A stretch of 33,702 nucleotides of DNA from a bacterium (GTDB taxonomy: Bacteria; Eisenbacteria; RBG-16-71-46), in contig JANNKI010000094.1 in NCBI GenBank assembly GCA_031396225.1, positions 1-33,702 on the forward strand. Reading direction: 5' to 3'. Position 1 is the first letter of the stretch. The number at the start of each line of letters is the position of its first letter. Shown here one piece after another: positions 23,697 to 33,702 of the stretch. Below the pieces are notes generated by a model, which did no database searches, had not been told where the DNA came from, and saw nothing but the letters and a program-made list of their open reading frames with translations. The position numbers were made by a program, and so were the translations under genes.

Positions 23697-24910
23697 CAGT
23701 ACTCCCGGCGCCGCAGCGCCACGTTCTGGAGCAGGCCGATCTGGATGCAGTTCACGATGAGCGCCGTGCCGCCGTAGGAGAGGAACGGGAGCGGGACGCC
23801 GGTCACCGGCGCCCAACCGATGGTCATGAGCATGTTGACAAGGATGTGGAAGAACAGCGCCGTGGTGATGCCCACCGCGGTCAGGCTGGCGAAGCCGTCG
23901 CGCGCGATGGACGCCAGGCGATAGCCACGAAACACGACGATGCCGTACAGCAACACCACGGTCAACGCGCCCAACAGGCCCCACTCCTCGCCGACGACCG
24001 AGTAGATGAAGTCGGTGTGTCGCATGGGCAGGAACGAGAGCGCCTTCTGCGAACCCTTGAGGTAGCCCTTCCCCACCAGCCCGCCGGAACCGATGGCGAT
24101 CTTGGACTGGATGACCTGGTAGCCCGAGCCGCTCGGATCGTGCTCGGGGTTCAGGAACGTCTCGATTCGCCGCTTCTGGTAATCGTGCAGGTGGTTCCAC
24201 AGGTTCGGGAGCGCCACGGCCACCGCGCCGTTCAGCGCGATCATGGCCACCAGCACCACGAGGCGTGGCCGCGCGTACGCGAGCAGTCCCACGAACAACC
24301 CCACGAACCACCACACGCTGCCGGTCAGGAAGAATAGCGCCACGTTGAAGATCGGCGACAGGCCCAGCAGCAGCTGTCCCGCCGGCATGCCCGCCCAGAA
24401 GTACATGGCGATGAGCATGGCCGGGAAACTGGACGCCGTACCGAGATCGGGCTCCTTCGCCACCAGCACGAACGGCACCATCGCGATCAGCAGCGGTGGA
24501 AACCACCAGCGCACCTTGCGCAGGTCGAGCCGAGCGTGATCGAAAAAGCGCGCCAGCACGAACGTGGTGGCGAGCTTGGCGATCTCCGAGGGCTGGAACT
24601 GGAGCGAGCCGAACTCGATCCAGCGCCTGGCCCCCATGCGTTCCACGCCGATCACGAACACGGCCACGAGCAGCAACAACGACACCGCATAGAGCGGCCA
24701 CGAGACCGAGTCGTAGAAGCGGTAGTGCACGGCCGCCACGCCCAAGGCGACCACCGCGGCAACGCCGAACCACACCAGCTGCTTGCTCCACAGCCCCTCA
24801 TGCGCGCCCGGCACCGACGTGGCGCTGTAGACCGTGGCCAGTCCGATGCCAATCAGGCCCAGCGCGGCGAACGCGAGCGGCCAGTCGAGGGGCGGGAACC
24901 GGCCGCGCAT
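23696..24910 (-). CDS. rodA: SEDS-family peptidoglycan polymerase RodA
   Basis: Motifs 'FQPSEIAKL', 'LVAKEPDLGTA', 'HTDFIYSVVGEEWG' and 'PLPFLSYGG' are present. The gene lies immediately downstream of mrdA, with a 2-nt gap. Confidence 0.92.
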   Translation of the reverse strand: MRGRFPPLDWPLAFAALGLIGIGLATVYSATSVPGAHEGLWSKQLVWFGVAAVVALGVAAVHYRFYDSVSWPLYAVSLLLLVAVFVIGVERMGARRWIEFGSLQFQPSEIAKLATTFVLARFFDHARLDLRKVRWWFPPLLIAMVPFVLVAKEPDLGTASSFPAMLIAMYFWAGMPAGQLLLGLSPIFNVALFFLTGSVWWFVGLFVGLLAYARPRLVVLVAMIALNGAVAVALPNLWNHLHDYQKRRIETFLNPEHDPSGSGYQVIQSKIAIGSGGLVGKGYLKGSQKALSFLPMRHTDFIYSVVGEEWGLLGALTVVLLYGIVVFRGYRLASIARDGFASLTAVGITTALFFHILVNMLMTIGWAPVTGVPLPFLSYGGTALIVNCIQIGLLQNVALRRREY

Positions 24911-24912
24911 GC

Positions 24913-26763
24913 TCAATCCCCCACCGTGTCGGCCGGCGAGGCCAGGCGCGGCACCCGCGGCGCCGTGGCGGTGGAGTCCCGCAGGAACAACTTCTTCAGC
25001 ACGTGCGCCGCGATGGGCGCGGACACGCTGCCGCCATGGCCGCTGTTCTCGGCCACGATGGCCATGGCGATCGTCGGCGCCTCGGCGGGGGCGTAGCACA
25101 CGAACAGTGCGTGATCGTCTCCGTGCGGGTTCTGCGCCGTGCCGGTCTTGCCGGCCACGCTCACGCCCGGGATGCGAACCGCGCCGGCCGTGCCAGCCTC
25201 GACGACCTTCTTCATGGCGAGGTGCAGGGCGTCCCAGTTCGCCGGGTCGGTGGTGACCCCCTTCTCGAGCGGCTGCTCCACCCGGAACTCCGGCACGCCC
25301 TGGATGGAGCTCACCACGTGCGGCCTCACCGCACGACCGCCGTTCGCAGCGAGCGAAGTCATGGTCGCCAGCTGGAGCGGCGTGGTGAGCAGTTCGCCCT
25401 GGCCGATCGCCAGGTTCAGCAGCACGCCGCGCGGCCAGCGGCCGGTGCGGAAGTGCAGGTTGTAGTACGCCGACGAGGGCACGAGACCCTTGCTCTCGGC
25501 GGGCAGGTCGATGCCGGTCTTCTCGCCGAGTCCCATGGCGCGCGCCATCTGTTCGAGCGGCTCCAGGCTCAGGCGCAGTCCGAGCTGGTAGAAGAACACG
25601 TCGCAGGAGTGCTGCAACGCGCCCACCAGGTCGAGGTTGCCGTGCCCCTCCTTCTTCCAGCACCCGAATCGGCGGCCGCCGAAGAAGTAGCCGCCAGTGC
25701 AGCTGGTGACCTCGTGGGAACCGGGCCGGACCAGGTTCTGTTGAAGCCCGGCCAGCATGGTGACCACCTTGAACGTTGAGCCGGGTGGGTAGGCGCTCTG
25801 GATGGCGCGGTTCAAGAGCGGGAACGCCCCGTTGGAGTTGAGCTCCTTCCAGCGCCCGAACGAGATGCCTCGCGAGAACTCGTTCGGGTCGAACACGGGC
25901 TTGCTCACCATGGCCAACACGCTGCCGTCGCGTGGGTCCAGCGCCACGGCCGCGCCCCGCGCGATGTTCACCATGGCCTCCTCGAGCGCGCGCTGCACGT
26001 CGAGATCCAGCGTGAGCGTGACATCGCGCCCCGAGACGGGCGGCCGCGGCGGTCCCTCCTCGAGCGCCGTGACGCGCTTGCCCATGGCGTTCACCACCAC
26101 GAACTCGGCGCCGTCCTCCCCGCGCAGCACCTCTTCGTAGCGCCGCTCGAGGCCCGTCTTCCCGATCAGGTCGCCGAGGTGATAGCCCTTGTCCTTCCGC
26201 TCGGCCAGCTCACGGTCGTTGATCTCACCCGCGTAGCCCAGCAGTTGCGCGGCGAGCGTGCCTTCGGGGTAGCGCCGGATCGGCGCGACCTGCACGTCGA
26301 TGCCGGCGAGTTCCGAGCGCGACTCCTCGACCGCGGCCATGACCGCGTAGGGCGCCGCCCGGCGCAGAACGGCCGTCTCGCCAGAGCGGTTCGCCTCCTG
26401 CACCTTGCGTCTCACCTCGTTGCTGTCGCCGGCGATCACACCGGTCACGCGCGCGAGCCAGTCGGAGCGCACGACGGTGCGCACGCGCAGCGTGCTCTCG
26501 ATGGGCGCCGGCCGGAACACGATGCTGAAGCTGGCTTGGTTGTCGGCGAGGATGCGCCCGCCGCGGTCGCGGATGGTGCCGCGCGGCGCGCGGATGACGT
26601 CCAGCCGGATGCGGTTCTGGTCCGCGAGCCGCGAGAGCTCCTCGTGCTGGAACACCTGCAACCGCACCAACCCCAGCACGATCATGCCGAAGCCCGCGAG
26701 CCCGAGCCCGGCCAGGACCGCGAAGCGCGTGTCCTTATCCCGCTGCGGAGGACCCTGAGGCAT
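24913..26763 (-). CDS. mrdA: Penicillin-binding protein 2 (elongasome transpeptidase)
   Basis: It has an N-terminal TM anchor and the motifs 'RAPRGTIRDRGGRILA', SxxK 'PGSTFKVVT' and 'AGKTGTAQ'. The start is ATG at 26763. Confidence 0.93.
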   Translation of the reverse strand: MPQGPPQRDKDTRFAVLAGLGLAGFGMIVLGLVRLQVFQHEELSRLADQNRIRLDVIRAPRGTIRDRGGRILADNQASFSIVFRPAPIESTLRVRTVVRSDWLARVTGVIAGDSNEVRRKVQEANRSGETAVLRRAAPYAVMAAVEESRSELAGIDVQVAPIRRYPEGTLAAQLLGYAGEINDRELAERKDKGYHLGDLIGKTGLERRYEEVLRGEDGAEFVVVNAMGKRVTALEEGPPRPPVSGRDVTLTLDLDVQRALEEAMVNIARGAAVALDPRDGSVLAMVSKPVFDPNEFSRGISFGRWKELNSNGAFPLLNRAIQSAYPPGSTFKVVTMLAGLQQNLVRPGSHEVTSCTGGYFFGGRRFGCWKKEGHGNLDLVGALQHSCDVFFYQLGLRLSLEPLEQMARAMGLGEKTGIDLPAESKGLVPSSAYYNLHFRTGRWPRGVLLNLAIGQGELLTTPLQLATMTSLAANGGRAVRPHVVSSIQGVPEFRVEQPLEKGVTTDPANWDALHLAMKKVVEAGTAGAVRIPGVSVAGKTGTAQNPHGDDHALFVCYAPAEAPTIAMAIVAENSGHGGSVSAPIAAHVLKKLFLRDSTATAPRVPRLASPADTVGD

Positions 26764-27247
26764 TCCCGTACCCCCGACGTCGGGTGAAGAGTTGCGAGAG
26801 CAGGAGCACGATCACGCCGAGCGGCGCGGTGGTGACGGTGGCGAGCAACACGCGGCCCGCGAGCCAGCCCATGCCGGCGATGCCCCCGCTCGCGTCGAAC
26901 GCCGAGGCCCACACCTGGTGGAACGCCGTGGCGACCGCCAGCAGCAGGAGTTGAGTGAGCGGGCTGTCCTTGACGAGCGTGTTCGACAGCCGGCCGACGC
27001 CGTAGCCGAGCAACGTGAGCGCCAAGGCGTGCCGGCCAAGCCAATGCGAGGCGTCCAAGTCGGCCGCCAGGCCCAGCACGAAGCCGAATGTCGCGCCCCA
27101 CGAGTCGCGCTGCCGCAGCGACCACGCCACCGTGGCCAATACCAGCACGTCCACCACGATGCCGCGCGCGGCGAGCCCGGCGAGCACGGTGCTGCGCATG
27201 ACGAGCGTGACGAGCGCGGCGAGCAGGAACACCCCCATCACCCTCAT
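26735..27247 (-). CDS. mreD: Rod shape-determining protein MreD
   Basis: This is a small polytopic protein between mreC and mrdA. The ATG at 27247 overlaps the mreC stop (ATGA), and its 3' end overlaps mrdA by 29 nt. Confidence 0.8.
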   Translation of the reverse strand: MRVMGVFLLAALVTLVMRSTVLAGLAARGIVVDVLVLATVAWSLRQRDSWGATFGFVLGLAADLDASHWLGRHALALTLLGYGVGRLSNTLVKDSPLTQLLLLAVATAFHQVWASAFDASGGIAGMGWLAGRVLLATVTTAPLGVIVLLLSQLFTRRRGYGNASGSSAAG

Positions 27248-28161
27248 CGGCCGTCTCCCGCCGTGTCGCGGGACACAGCCCGCGGCGAGACGGCTGGCCG
27301 CGGCATCGGTGAACGCTCGGCTCGGATGGGGTTGGGCTCGAACTCGAGCTTCGGCCGCGGGATGCCGTCCGCCGGCGGCCGTGGGCCCGGCGCCACGAAC
27401 GCGTGCCGCAGGCGCGCCAGGCGCGCGGCGGGCGTGATCTCGATCTCCTGCATGAGGCCGGTCGCGTCGTGCTCGATGCGCGCCACCCGGCCGACGGGGA
27501 TGCCGCGCGGAAAGCGCAGCGACAGGTCCGACGTCACCACGAGCTCGCCCGTGCGCACCGTGTCGGCGATGCCGACCGCCGAGAGCACGAGGCGCGGACG
27601 CGGGGTGGGGATGAAACGCAGGATGCCGTGCACGCCGGTGGTCTCCACCTCGCACGCCACCGCCTGGTTGGCGTCGGTGAGCAACGTGGCGCGCGACAGC
27701 GACGGCCACACCTCGCTGACGCGACCGATCAAACCGTCGCTGGTGAGCACGGCGTCACCCAACTGCACGCCATCGTTCGAGCCGGCCGAGAGCGTGGCGG
27801 CGTTGGGCAATGGGTCGCCGCCACCGAGCGCCAGCACCTCGACCGGTCGCAATGTGAGTCCGCGCCACGCTTGGAGCCCCAACTGCTCGCGCAGCCGCGG
27901 GGCCTCGGCGGCCATGAGCCGTAGCCTCGAGTTCTCAGTCTCGAGCCGGGCGAGCCGGGCATGCAATCCCGTGTTCTCGTTCCACGACGTGAACAGGCGG
28001 TCGGCCGCTCCCGCCACGCGATCGAACGGCGCGAACAGCACCGCGCCCGCGCCGCGCAGGCCGGCGGCCGGGATGCGCTCGCCGATCACCAGCAGGAGAA
28101 GCGAAAGCGCCGCGTACGCCGTCACGAGGACGACGCTGCGGCGCTCGGCCGGTGGCAGCAT
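27244..28161 (-). CDS. mreC: Rod shape-determining protein MreC
   Basis: It has a TM anchor, the coiled-coil 'LARLETENSRLRL' and the motifs 'GDAVLTSDGLIGRV' and 'PRGIPVGRV'. The start is ATG at 28161. The ORF-track start at 28170 is TTG. Confidence 0.88.
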   Translation of the reverse strand: MLPPAERRSVVLVTAYAALSLLLLVIGERIPAAGLRGAGAVLFAPFDRVAGAADRLFTSWNENTGLHARLARLETENSRLRLMAAEAPRLREQLGLQAWRGLTLRPVEVLALGGGDPLPNAATLSAGSNDGVQLGDAVLTSDGLIGRVSEVWPSLSRATLLTDANQAVACEVETTGVHGILRFIPTPRPRLVLSAVGIADTVRTGELVVTSDLSLRFPRGIPVGRVARIEHDATGLMQEIEITPAARLARLRHAFVAPGPRPPADGIPRPKLEFEPNPIRAERSPMPRPAVSPRAVSRDTAGDGR

Positions 28162-28173
28162 GCTAGGCAAGGG

Positions 28174-29211
<1,038 letters not shown>

Positions 29212-29657
29212 CCGTGCCTCGTGTGCTTGGGGTGGAACGGAGACTGGCGAACGCGGACGCCCATGCAAAATCGGCACCGGAAGCGCGAGGTCGGCCGCCG
29301 GGCGGGTCGAAGCGGGGGCAAGCTAGCATCGGCAATGAGGGACCAGCAACTTCAGCGGCCTCCTCCCGGGGAACGGCCGGGGCTCCAGAATCCTCGGCCG
29401 CAATCGGTTAGCGGGGCATGGCTGGGTTTCCTGGTCGTGGACATGCTTCGCGAGTCAGGCCGAACTCCGGTGCCGCGGTGGGGCGGCGAGCGGCACCGCC
29501 GGCCTCACCCCTGACCGCCCGGCGGCCGATATCCCGGGTGTCGCGCCCGATTCCCGCCCACTCCCCGGCCGGGTTTTTGCCACAAGGCTCAAAGCCCGGG
29601 TGTATGGCATCATGGAGGAGTGGGTCTCCCGCCCATGAGGGGCCGTCATGGGAGCCA

Positions 29658-29666
29658 CCCCCCCCC
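29658..29666 (+). repeat. C9 homopolymer immediately upstream of (or within the alternative N-terminus of) the barrel gene
   Basis: Nine consecutive C residues were counted directly. They lie 29 nt upstream of the ATG at 29695 and downstream of the alternative starts GTG 29620 and ATG 29635. Confidence 0.9.
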
Positions 29667-29694
29667 AAGGACCCGGAGCCCGCGCCCGCTCGGA

Positions 29695-31824
29695 ATGCCG
29701 ATCTCCCGCCGACACCCCCTCCCGCTGCTTCTGGTCGCCGCCGGCCTCCTCGCGCTGGTGCCGGCCAGCCGGGCGCAAGCGCCGTCGTCGGCCCGATTCG
29801 CATTCGCCGACACCACGCTGCTGCGCGACACGCTCGGGTTGCGCTTCGACCGCCTGTTCGAGACCGCGGACAGCCTGCGCATGCTCCCGGACTCGCTGCG
29901 CGCCCAGATCATCCGGTTCCGCCTGCCCATGGCGCGCCTGCTGGTGATGGCGGATAGCATGGGCGTGCCGGTGGACTCGGTGGGCGCGATCATCGATCGC
30001 GAACGCTTCAATCCGTTCGCGTCGACCGTCACGACCGGCTCGCGGACCACGTTCAAGTACACGAGCGACTACAATGTCGGCAAGACGAACAGCTCGTGGA
30101 CCAACGCCGGCGACTACCGACTGGATCGGGGGAAGCTTCTGCTGATCAGCGGCACGAACATCGTCATGGACCGTTCGACCGCGGGTGGGCGCACCAGCCT
30201 TCGCCAGACGCGACTGTCCCGATCCGAAGCGAGTTGGCGCCTCTCGAGGAACCTGTCAATGGGAGGCCTTGCCGCGATCTCCGGTTTCGACGCCTTCGAT
30301 CCCGGCTCCACCTCGAACGAGGGCGAGACGAAGACCGAGCTTCAGTTCTCGACACGCACCCGGCAGCAGTATTCCAAGGAAGTCACTTCGGAACTGAACC
30401 TGTTCACGGGCTACCTGAACCTGAAGAACTTCTCCCAGGTGAAGCGCGGCGTGTCCGGCGACATGAACGGCCGAACGCGACTGCAATTCGGCGAATGGCT
30501 CTCCCACGACCTGAGCGGCGCGGTGAACGGGAATCTCTCCCGGACGCGGCGGCCCACGTCCACTTCGACGCTCGGCACGCACGATCTCTCGGGCACGCTT
30601 CGCGGGGCGCTGCAGCTCTATCAGCAGGCGCCGGTGGGGCTCAACATGAATTACTCGGCGCGGCGCACCACGGTGGAGACGCCGACCGACGCCGACACGG
30701 TGACTCGGCTCATCACGTCGGGCGCGACCGTGGATGCGACGATGCGACTCCGGCTCGACAACGACCGCTCGTTGAACGTCACCGCGAACGCCGGTCGCAA
30801 CACGACGCTTCAGGGTGTCCGCAACGACCACGGCGTGCGGGCGCAGGGCCGCTGGGTCCAGGGGCTCTGGGCGGTGGACGCCGAGATCTCGAACGTGGTT
30901 GGGGACTCGCGATATCCCCGGCGGCTGAACGCGCTCGGATACTCGGAGCGCCAGGACAACCGCCAGGCCAGCGGGAACGTCACGCGCCCCATTGGCCGCA
31001 AGTTGACCGCCAAGTTGAGCAGCAACGTGAGCCTCTCCCAGTTCCGTTCGCAGGCCATCGCCGTGGGCGCCACGCCACCCACGCCTCGCGACAGCTACCG
31101 GCAGTCGTACCGAGCCGAAGGGCTCTACAACGCGTCCGAGAAATTCAACAGCGGCGTGGCACTCGAGGTGGGACTGGCGCGTTCCATCAACCTGCCCGCC
31201 GCGAGCACCTCGAACAACACCGATACGCGCTCGTACCGAGCCGAGTGGCGCTGGAGCTATCGGCTGCTGCGCGGTCTCACCGCATCGCAGACGAACGTGG
31301 TGCAGGCCGACTACCAGTTCTATCCGTTCTCGTCCGAGCGCAACGATCTCTCGCTCGATTACAACTCGGTCACGAGGCTCGACGCGGTACTGACCCCTCG
31401 GCTCACGCTGGAGGTCACGCACAACGCCCGACAGCAGCCCAGCGGCGACTGGCGGCTGCTGCCCGATGGCTCCGGCGTGCTGCTGCCCTCCGTCGAGAAC
31501 CTCAACTACACGCTGCGCTCTCGCGTCACGTGGTCACCGTCGCCCGCGCTGTCACTCACGCTCACGCCGGAGTACCAGGCCAGCGACCGCAGCGGCACCA
31601 GCAATGGCGTCGAGGCGCCCACGCGCAGGAGCCGCCGGCTCAACTTCACGGGCGGTGCGAACCTGAACCTGCCCATCGGCCGACGTGGGCAGTTGACCGG
31701 CGGCGTGTTCCGCACGTTCTCCGCGGATCGCACCACGACCTACCGCAACGGCCTCCCCCAGTCCTCGCCGCTGGCCGAGCAGGACTACTGGAACGGATCG
31801 CTGCAGCTGTCCTGGGAGCTCTGA
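29695..31824 (+). CDS. Large predicted outer-membrane beta-barrel protein of unknown family (about 709 aa)
   Basis: It has a signal peptide (MPISRRHPLPLLLVAAGLLALVPASRAQA) and then a helical-looking segment of about 90 aa. About 600 aa of alternating-polarity strand-like segments follow, rich in S/T/N/R/Y and lacking long hydrophobic stretches. The protein ends '...GSLQLSWEL'. The alternative start is ATG at 29635. Confidence 0.7.
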   Translation: MPISRRHPLPLLLVAAGLLALVPASRAQAPSSARFAFADTTLLRDTLGLRFDRLFETADSLRMLPDSLRAQIIRFRLPMARLLVMADSMGVPVDSVGAIIDRERFNPFASTVTTGSRTTFKYTSDYNVGKTNSSWTNAGDYRLDRGKLLLISGTNIVMDRSTAGGRTSLRQTRLSRSEASWRLSRNLSMGGLAAISGFDAFDPGSTSNEGETKTELQFSTRTRQQYSKEVTSELNLFTGYLNLKNFSQVKRGVSGDMNGRTRLQFGEWLSHDLSGAVNGNLSRTRRPTSTSTLGTHDLSGTLRGALQLYQQAPVGLNMNYSARRTTVETPTDADTVTRLITSGATVDATMRLRLDNDRSLNVTANAGRNTTLQGVRNDHGVRAQGRWVQGLWAVDAEISNVVGDSRYPRRLNALGYSERQDNRQASGNVTRPIGRKLTAKLSSNVSLSQFRSQAIAVGATPPTPRDSYRQSYRAEGLYNASEKFNSGVALEVGLARSINLPAASTSNNTDTRSYRAEWRWSYRLLRGLTASQTNVVQADYQFYPFSSERNDLSLDYNSVTRLDAVLTPRLTLEVTHNARQQPSGDWRLLPDGSGVLLPSVENLNYTLRSRVTWSPSPALSLTLTPEYQASDRSGTSNGVEAPTRRSRRLNFTGGANLNLPIGRRGQLTGGVFRTFSADRTTTYRNGLPQSSPLAEQDYWNGSLQLSWEL

Positions 31825-31825
31825 C

Positions 31826-32497
31826 ATGACGCCCGCCCCGCACCGCTCGCTGCTCTACGCACTGGCCACGCTGGGGCTGTTGGCGGGCGCCTGCGTGAAC
31901 CCGTTCAGGCCCGCGGACCCCGAACCGCCCTCCGGGGTCCCCGTCGTCGAAGACTTCCGTACGCCCGAGGCCGTCCTTCAGACCATCGCCGAAGCGTTCC
32001 AGAATCGCTCCACGAATGGCGCGAACGCCTACCTGCATGCGTTCGCGGAGTCCACCCTGGCGGGCGACCGTGCCTACCGGAGCTTTTATGACGGGGCCGT
32101 CAAGTCCAGCTGGCAGAGCGCCACGCAGCTCACCGCGCCGGAGCCCTGGGACGTCACGCTGGAACGGAACGTGCATACCTCCGTCTCGGGCATCCGGCCC
32201 ACTTATGGGTACGCGTTCCTGTGGGCTCCTGACCCGGATTCGCCAAGTGATGACGATCCGGCCGCCGCGGACACGGTGCAGTACCATCGGCGCTACACTC
32301 TGTTCGCGACCCCCACGGACGGGAACTCGGAAGTCATCGCCATCGGCTTCGCCGATCTGTCGTTCCAGAAGAAAGACGGCCGGTGGTCCATCTACCGATG
32401 GGCCGACCGTGTCGACCCCGCCGTGGGCGTGAATCCCGCCGCGACCGACCAGCGCACCATGAGCTGGTGGCGGCTGGAATCGCTCGCCCGACGGTGA
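31826..32497 (+). CDS. Predicted lipoprotein, paralog A (lipobox LLAGA|C followed by VNPFRP)
   Basis: It has a signal peptide with a Prosite-type lipobox. The ATG lies 1 nt after the barrel stop. It shares 'C-x-NPF-x-P', 'RW(S/W)I.RW.D' and the C-terminal tail with the next gene. Confidence 0.75.
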   Translation: MTPAPHRSLLYALATLGLLAGACVNPFRPADPEPPSGVPVVEDFRTPEAVLQTIAEAFQNRSTNGANAYLHAFAESTLAGDRAYRSFYDGAVKSSWQSATQLTAPEPWDVTLERNVHTSVSGIRPTYGYAFLWAPDPDSPSDDDPAAADTVQYHRRYTLFATPTDGNSEVIAIGFADLSFQKKDGRWSIYRWADRVDPAVGVNPAATDQRTMSWWRLESLARR

Positions 32498-32514
32498 GCC
32501 AGAGGAAACCCGTC

Positions 32515-33216
32515 ATGCGACGTGTGCTGCTGTTTCTCGCCGTGGTCCTCGCCTCGTTCGGGCTGGCCGGCTGCTTCAATCCGTTCTCGCCCGTGATCCT
32601 GTCCGAGCGCGTCACCACGGTGGCGCCCTCGCCCACCACGCCGCAGAACGCGGTGAAGCTGTTCGAGTGGTGCTGGGTGAACCGTGGCGTCGAGGAGTAC
32701 AAGGAGCTGTTCACCGAGGACTACGTGTTCCTGTCCGCCGGCCTGGATTCCGCCGGCGGCCAGACGCGCGAGATCCAGGCCCGCCGCGACGACGAGGTGG
32801 AGACCGCCGCGAACATGTTCATCGGCACGGCCGAGCGGCAGCCGGCGGAGAACATCACGCTCAACTTCGACCGCAACCTGATCCCGTTTCCCGACACGCG
32901 CGCCGGCAAGAACCCCACCTGGCACAAGACCATCCGCACCTCGGTCGCCCTGACCGTGAAGATCGACGAAAGCAGCACGCTCGAGGTGACGGGCTATGCG
33001 CTGTTCTACCTCACCCGTGGCGATTCGGCCGCCATCCCCGCGGAGTTGAAGTCGCGCGGCTTCAAGCCCGACTCCCTGCGCTGGTGGATCGACCGTTGGG
33101 AGGACGAGACGCTCGCACCGGAGGGCCTGCCGAGAAATCGCGCTCGACGGGCGGGCGCCCAGACTACGATCCCCGTGACCATGGCCCAGCTCAAAGCGCT
33201 CTATTCGACGCCTTGA
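32515..33216 (+). CDS. Predicted lipoprotein, paralog B (lipobox LAG|C followed by FNPFSP)
   Basis: The start '[20 protein letters not shown]' carries a canonical lipobox. The ATG at 32515 is preceded by AGAGGAA. I trimmed the 277-aa ORF-track call. Confidence 0.8.
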   Translation: MRRVLLFLAVVLASFGLAGCFNPFSPVILSERVTTVAPSPTTPQNAVKLFEWCWVNRGVEEYKELFTEDYVFLSAGLDSAGGQTREIQARRDDEVETAANMFIGTAERQPAENITLNFDRNLIPFPDTRAGKNPTWHKTIRTSVALTVKIDESSTLEVTGYALFYLTRGDSAAIPAELKSRGFKPDSLRWWIDRWEDETLAPEGLPRNRARRAGAQTTIPVTMAQLKALYSTP

Positions 33217-33262
33217 AGTCGGGTCGTGGTTCGGCTTCAGGCGGCGAACCCCTGTGCCGGCC

Positions 33263-33292
33263 TTGTCGGGGTGTTCCGGGCGCGCCTATATT
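33263..33292 (+). promoter_or_regulatory. Candidate sigma70-like promoter for the glutamate dehydrogenase gene
   Basis: TTGTCG (33263-33268), an 18-nt spacer, then TATATT (33287-33292). This is an AT-rich hexamer in otherwise GC-rich DNA, about 105 nt upstream of the ATG. Confidence 0.3.
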
Positions 33293-33397
33293 CCCCCGAC
33301 GCCGCGTCCCGCGGCCCCGTGCACTCCCCCACCCCCGCCCCTCCGGCCGGGGGCACTCTCTGAGACCATCGCGCGCCTGGAGCGCGTGGAGGCCCCC

Positions 33398-33702
33398 ATG
33401 GCGGTCGCCGTGAACAGCCAGCTCAATCCGCTCGAGAATGCCGAGCGCCAATTCGTCGAGGCCGCGGCCCGGCTCAGGCTCGATCCGGGCATCATGGACA
33501 TGCTCAAGCGCCCGCGGCGCGCCACCATCCAGTGGCTGCCGGTCATGATGGACGACGGCAGTATCCGCATGTTCGAGGGCTTCCGAGTGCAGCACAACAT
33601 CGCGCGCGGCCCCGCCAAGGGCGGCATCCGCTACCACCCCGACGTGTCGCTCGAGGAGGTCTCGGCGCTGGCGTCGTGGATGACCTGGAAGTGCGCCGTG
33701 GC
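33398..33702 (+). CDS. gdhA: Glutamate dehydrogenase (Glu/Leu/Phe/Val dehydrogenase family), 5' part; runs off the window
   Basis: My own translation is [19 protein letters not shown]...[43 protein letters not shown]. The ATG is preceded by GGAGG. It is not in the ORF track because the frame is open-ended. Confidence 0.9.
   Translation, partial: MAVAVNSQLNPLENAERQFVEAAARLRLDPGIMDMLKRPRRATIQWLPVMMDDGSIRMFEGFRVQHNIARGPAKGGIRYHPDVSLEEVSALASWMTWKCAV

Noticed and set aside
29300-29580. A known structured RNA (SRP/4.5S, 6S, tmRNA or RNase P) in the long mreB-barrel intergenic region.
   Set aside because: I saw none of the conserved cores: the SRP domain IV GGAA/AGCA loops, the tmRNA 5' GGGG...ACCA ends with a tag ORF, or the RNase P GAGGAAAGUCC. 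Only generic GC hairpins are present. I left this as an open question in the findings.

Overview
This is a very GC-rich, densely coding chromosomal segment from a diderm bacterium; Lgt, Ccm System I, the MreBCD-PBP2-RodA elongasome and a large predicted outer-membrane barrel are all present. About 29 kb (441-29211) is a nearly unbroken run of minus-strand genes. Many of them are joined by 1-4 nt start/stop overlaps (ATGA, GTGA, TTGA).

Gene order on the minus strand, read from high to low coordinates:
- mreB-mreC-mreD-mrdA-rodA-lgt-aroE-comF
- cbiM-cbiQ-cbiO-rarA
- a secreted DUF4114-like protein
- (plus strand) a radical-SAM gene coupled to a metallophosphoesterase-like gene
- nfu, a 38-aa micro-ORF, mrp and nifS
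- pdxS-pdxT-nrnA-ccmA-B-C-(D)-E-F
- a small ORF, dinB and a DUF72 gene broken by nonsense codons
- an aquaporin gene coupled to arsC

The plus-strand right end carries a 3-gene cassette (a large beta-barrel plus two paralogous lipoproteins) and the 5' end of a glutamate dehydrogenase gene.

I recognised no rRNA, tRNA, CRISPR array or mobile element. Many long ORFs in the six-frame track are high-GC antisense or off-frame artefacts, or they read through from the upstream gene. I trimmed starts using family N-termini, Shine-Dalgarno-like motifs and stop/start overlaps.

The most interesting items:
- The barrel plus two-lipoprotein cassette at 29.7-33.2 kb.
- A C-terminal tail motif shared by those lipoproteins and a third secreted protein.
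- A radical-SAM gene translationally coupled to a metallophosphoesterase homolog that has lost its motif-I metal ligands.
- A variant System I with a Cys-type (CxxxY) CcmE and no CcmG/CcmH in the cluster.
- A DUF72 gene with two in-frame TAG codons 18 nt apart.
- Two micro-ORFs that are absent from the ORF track.
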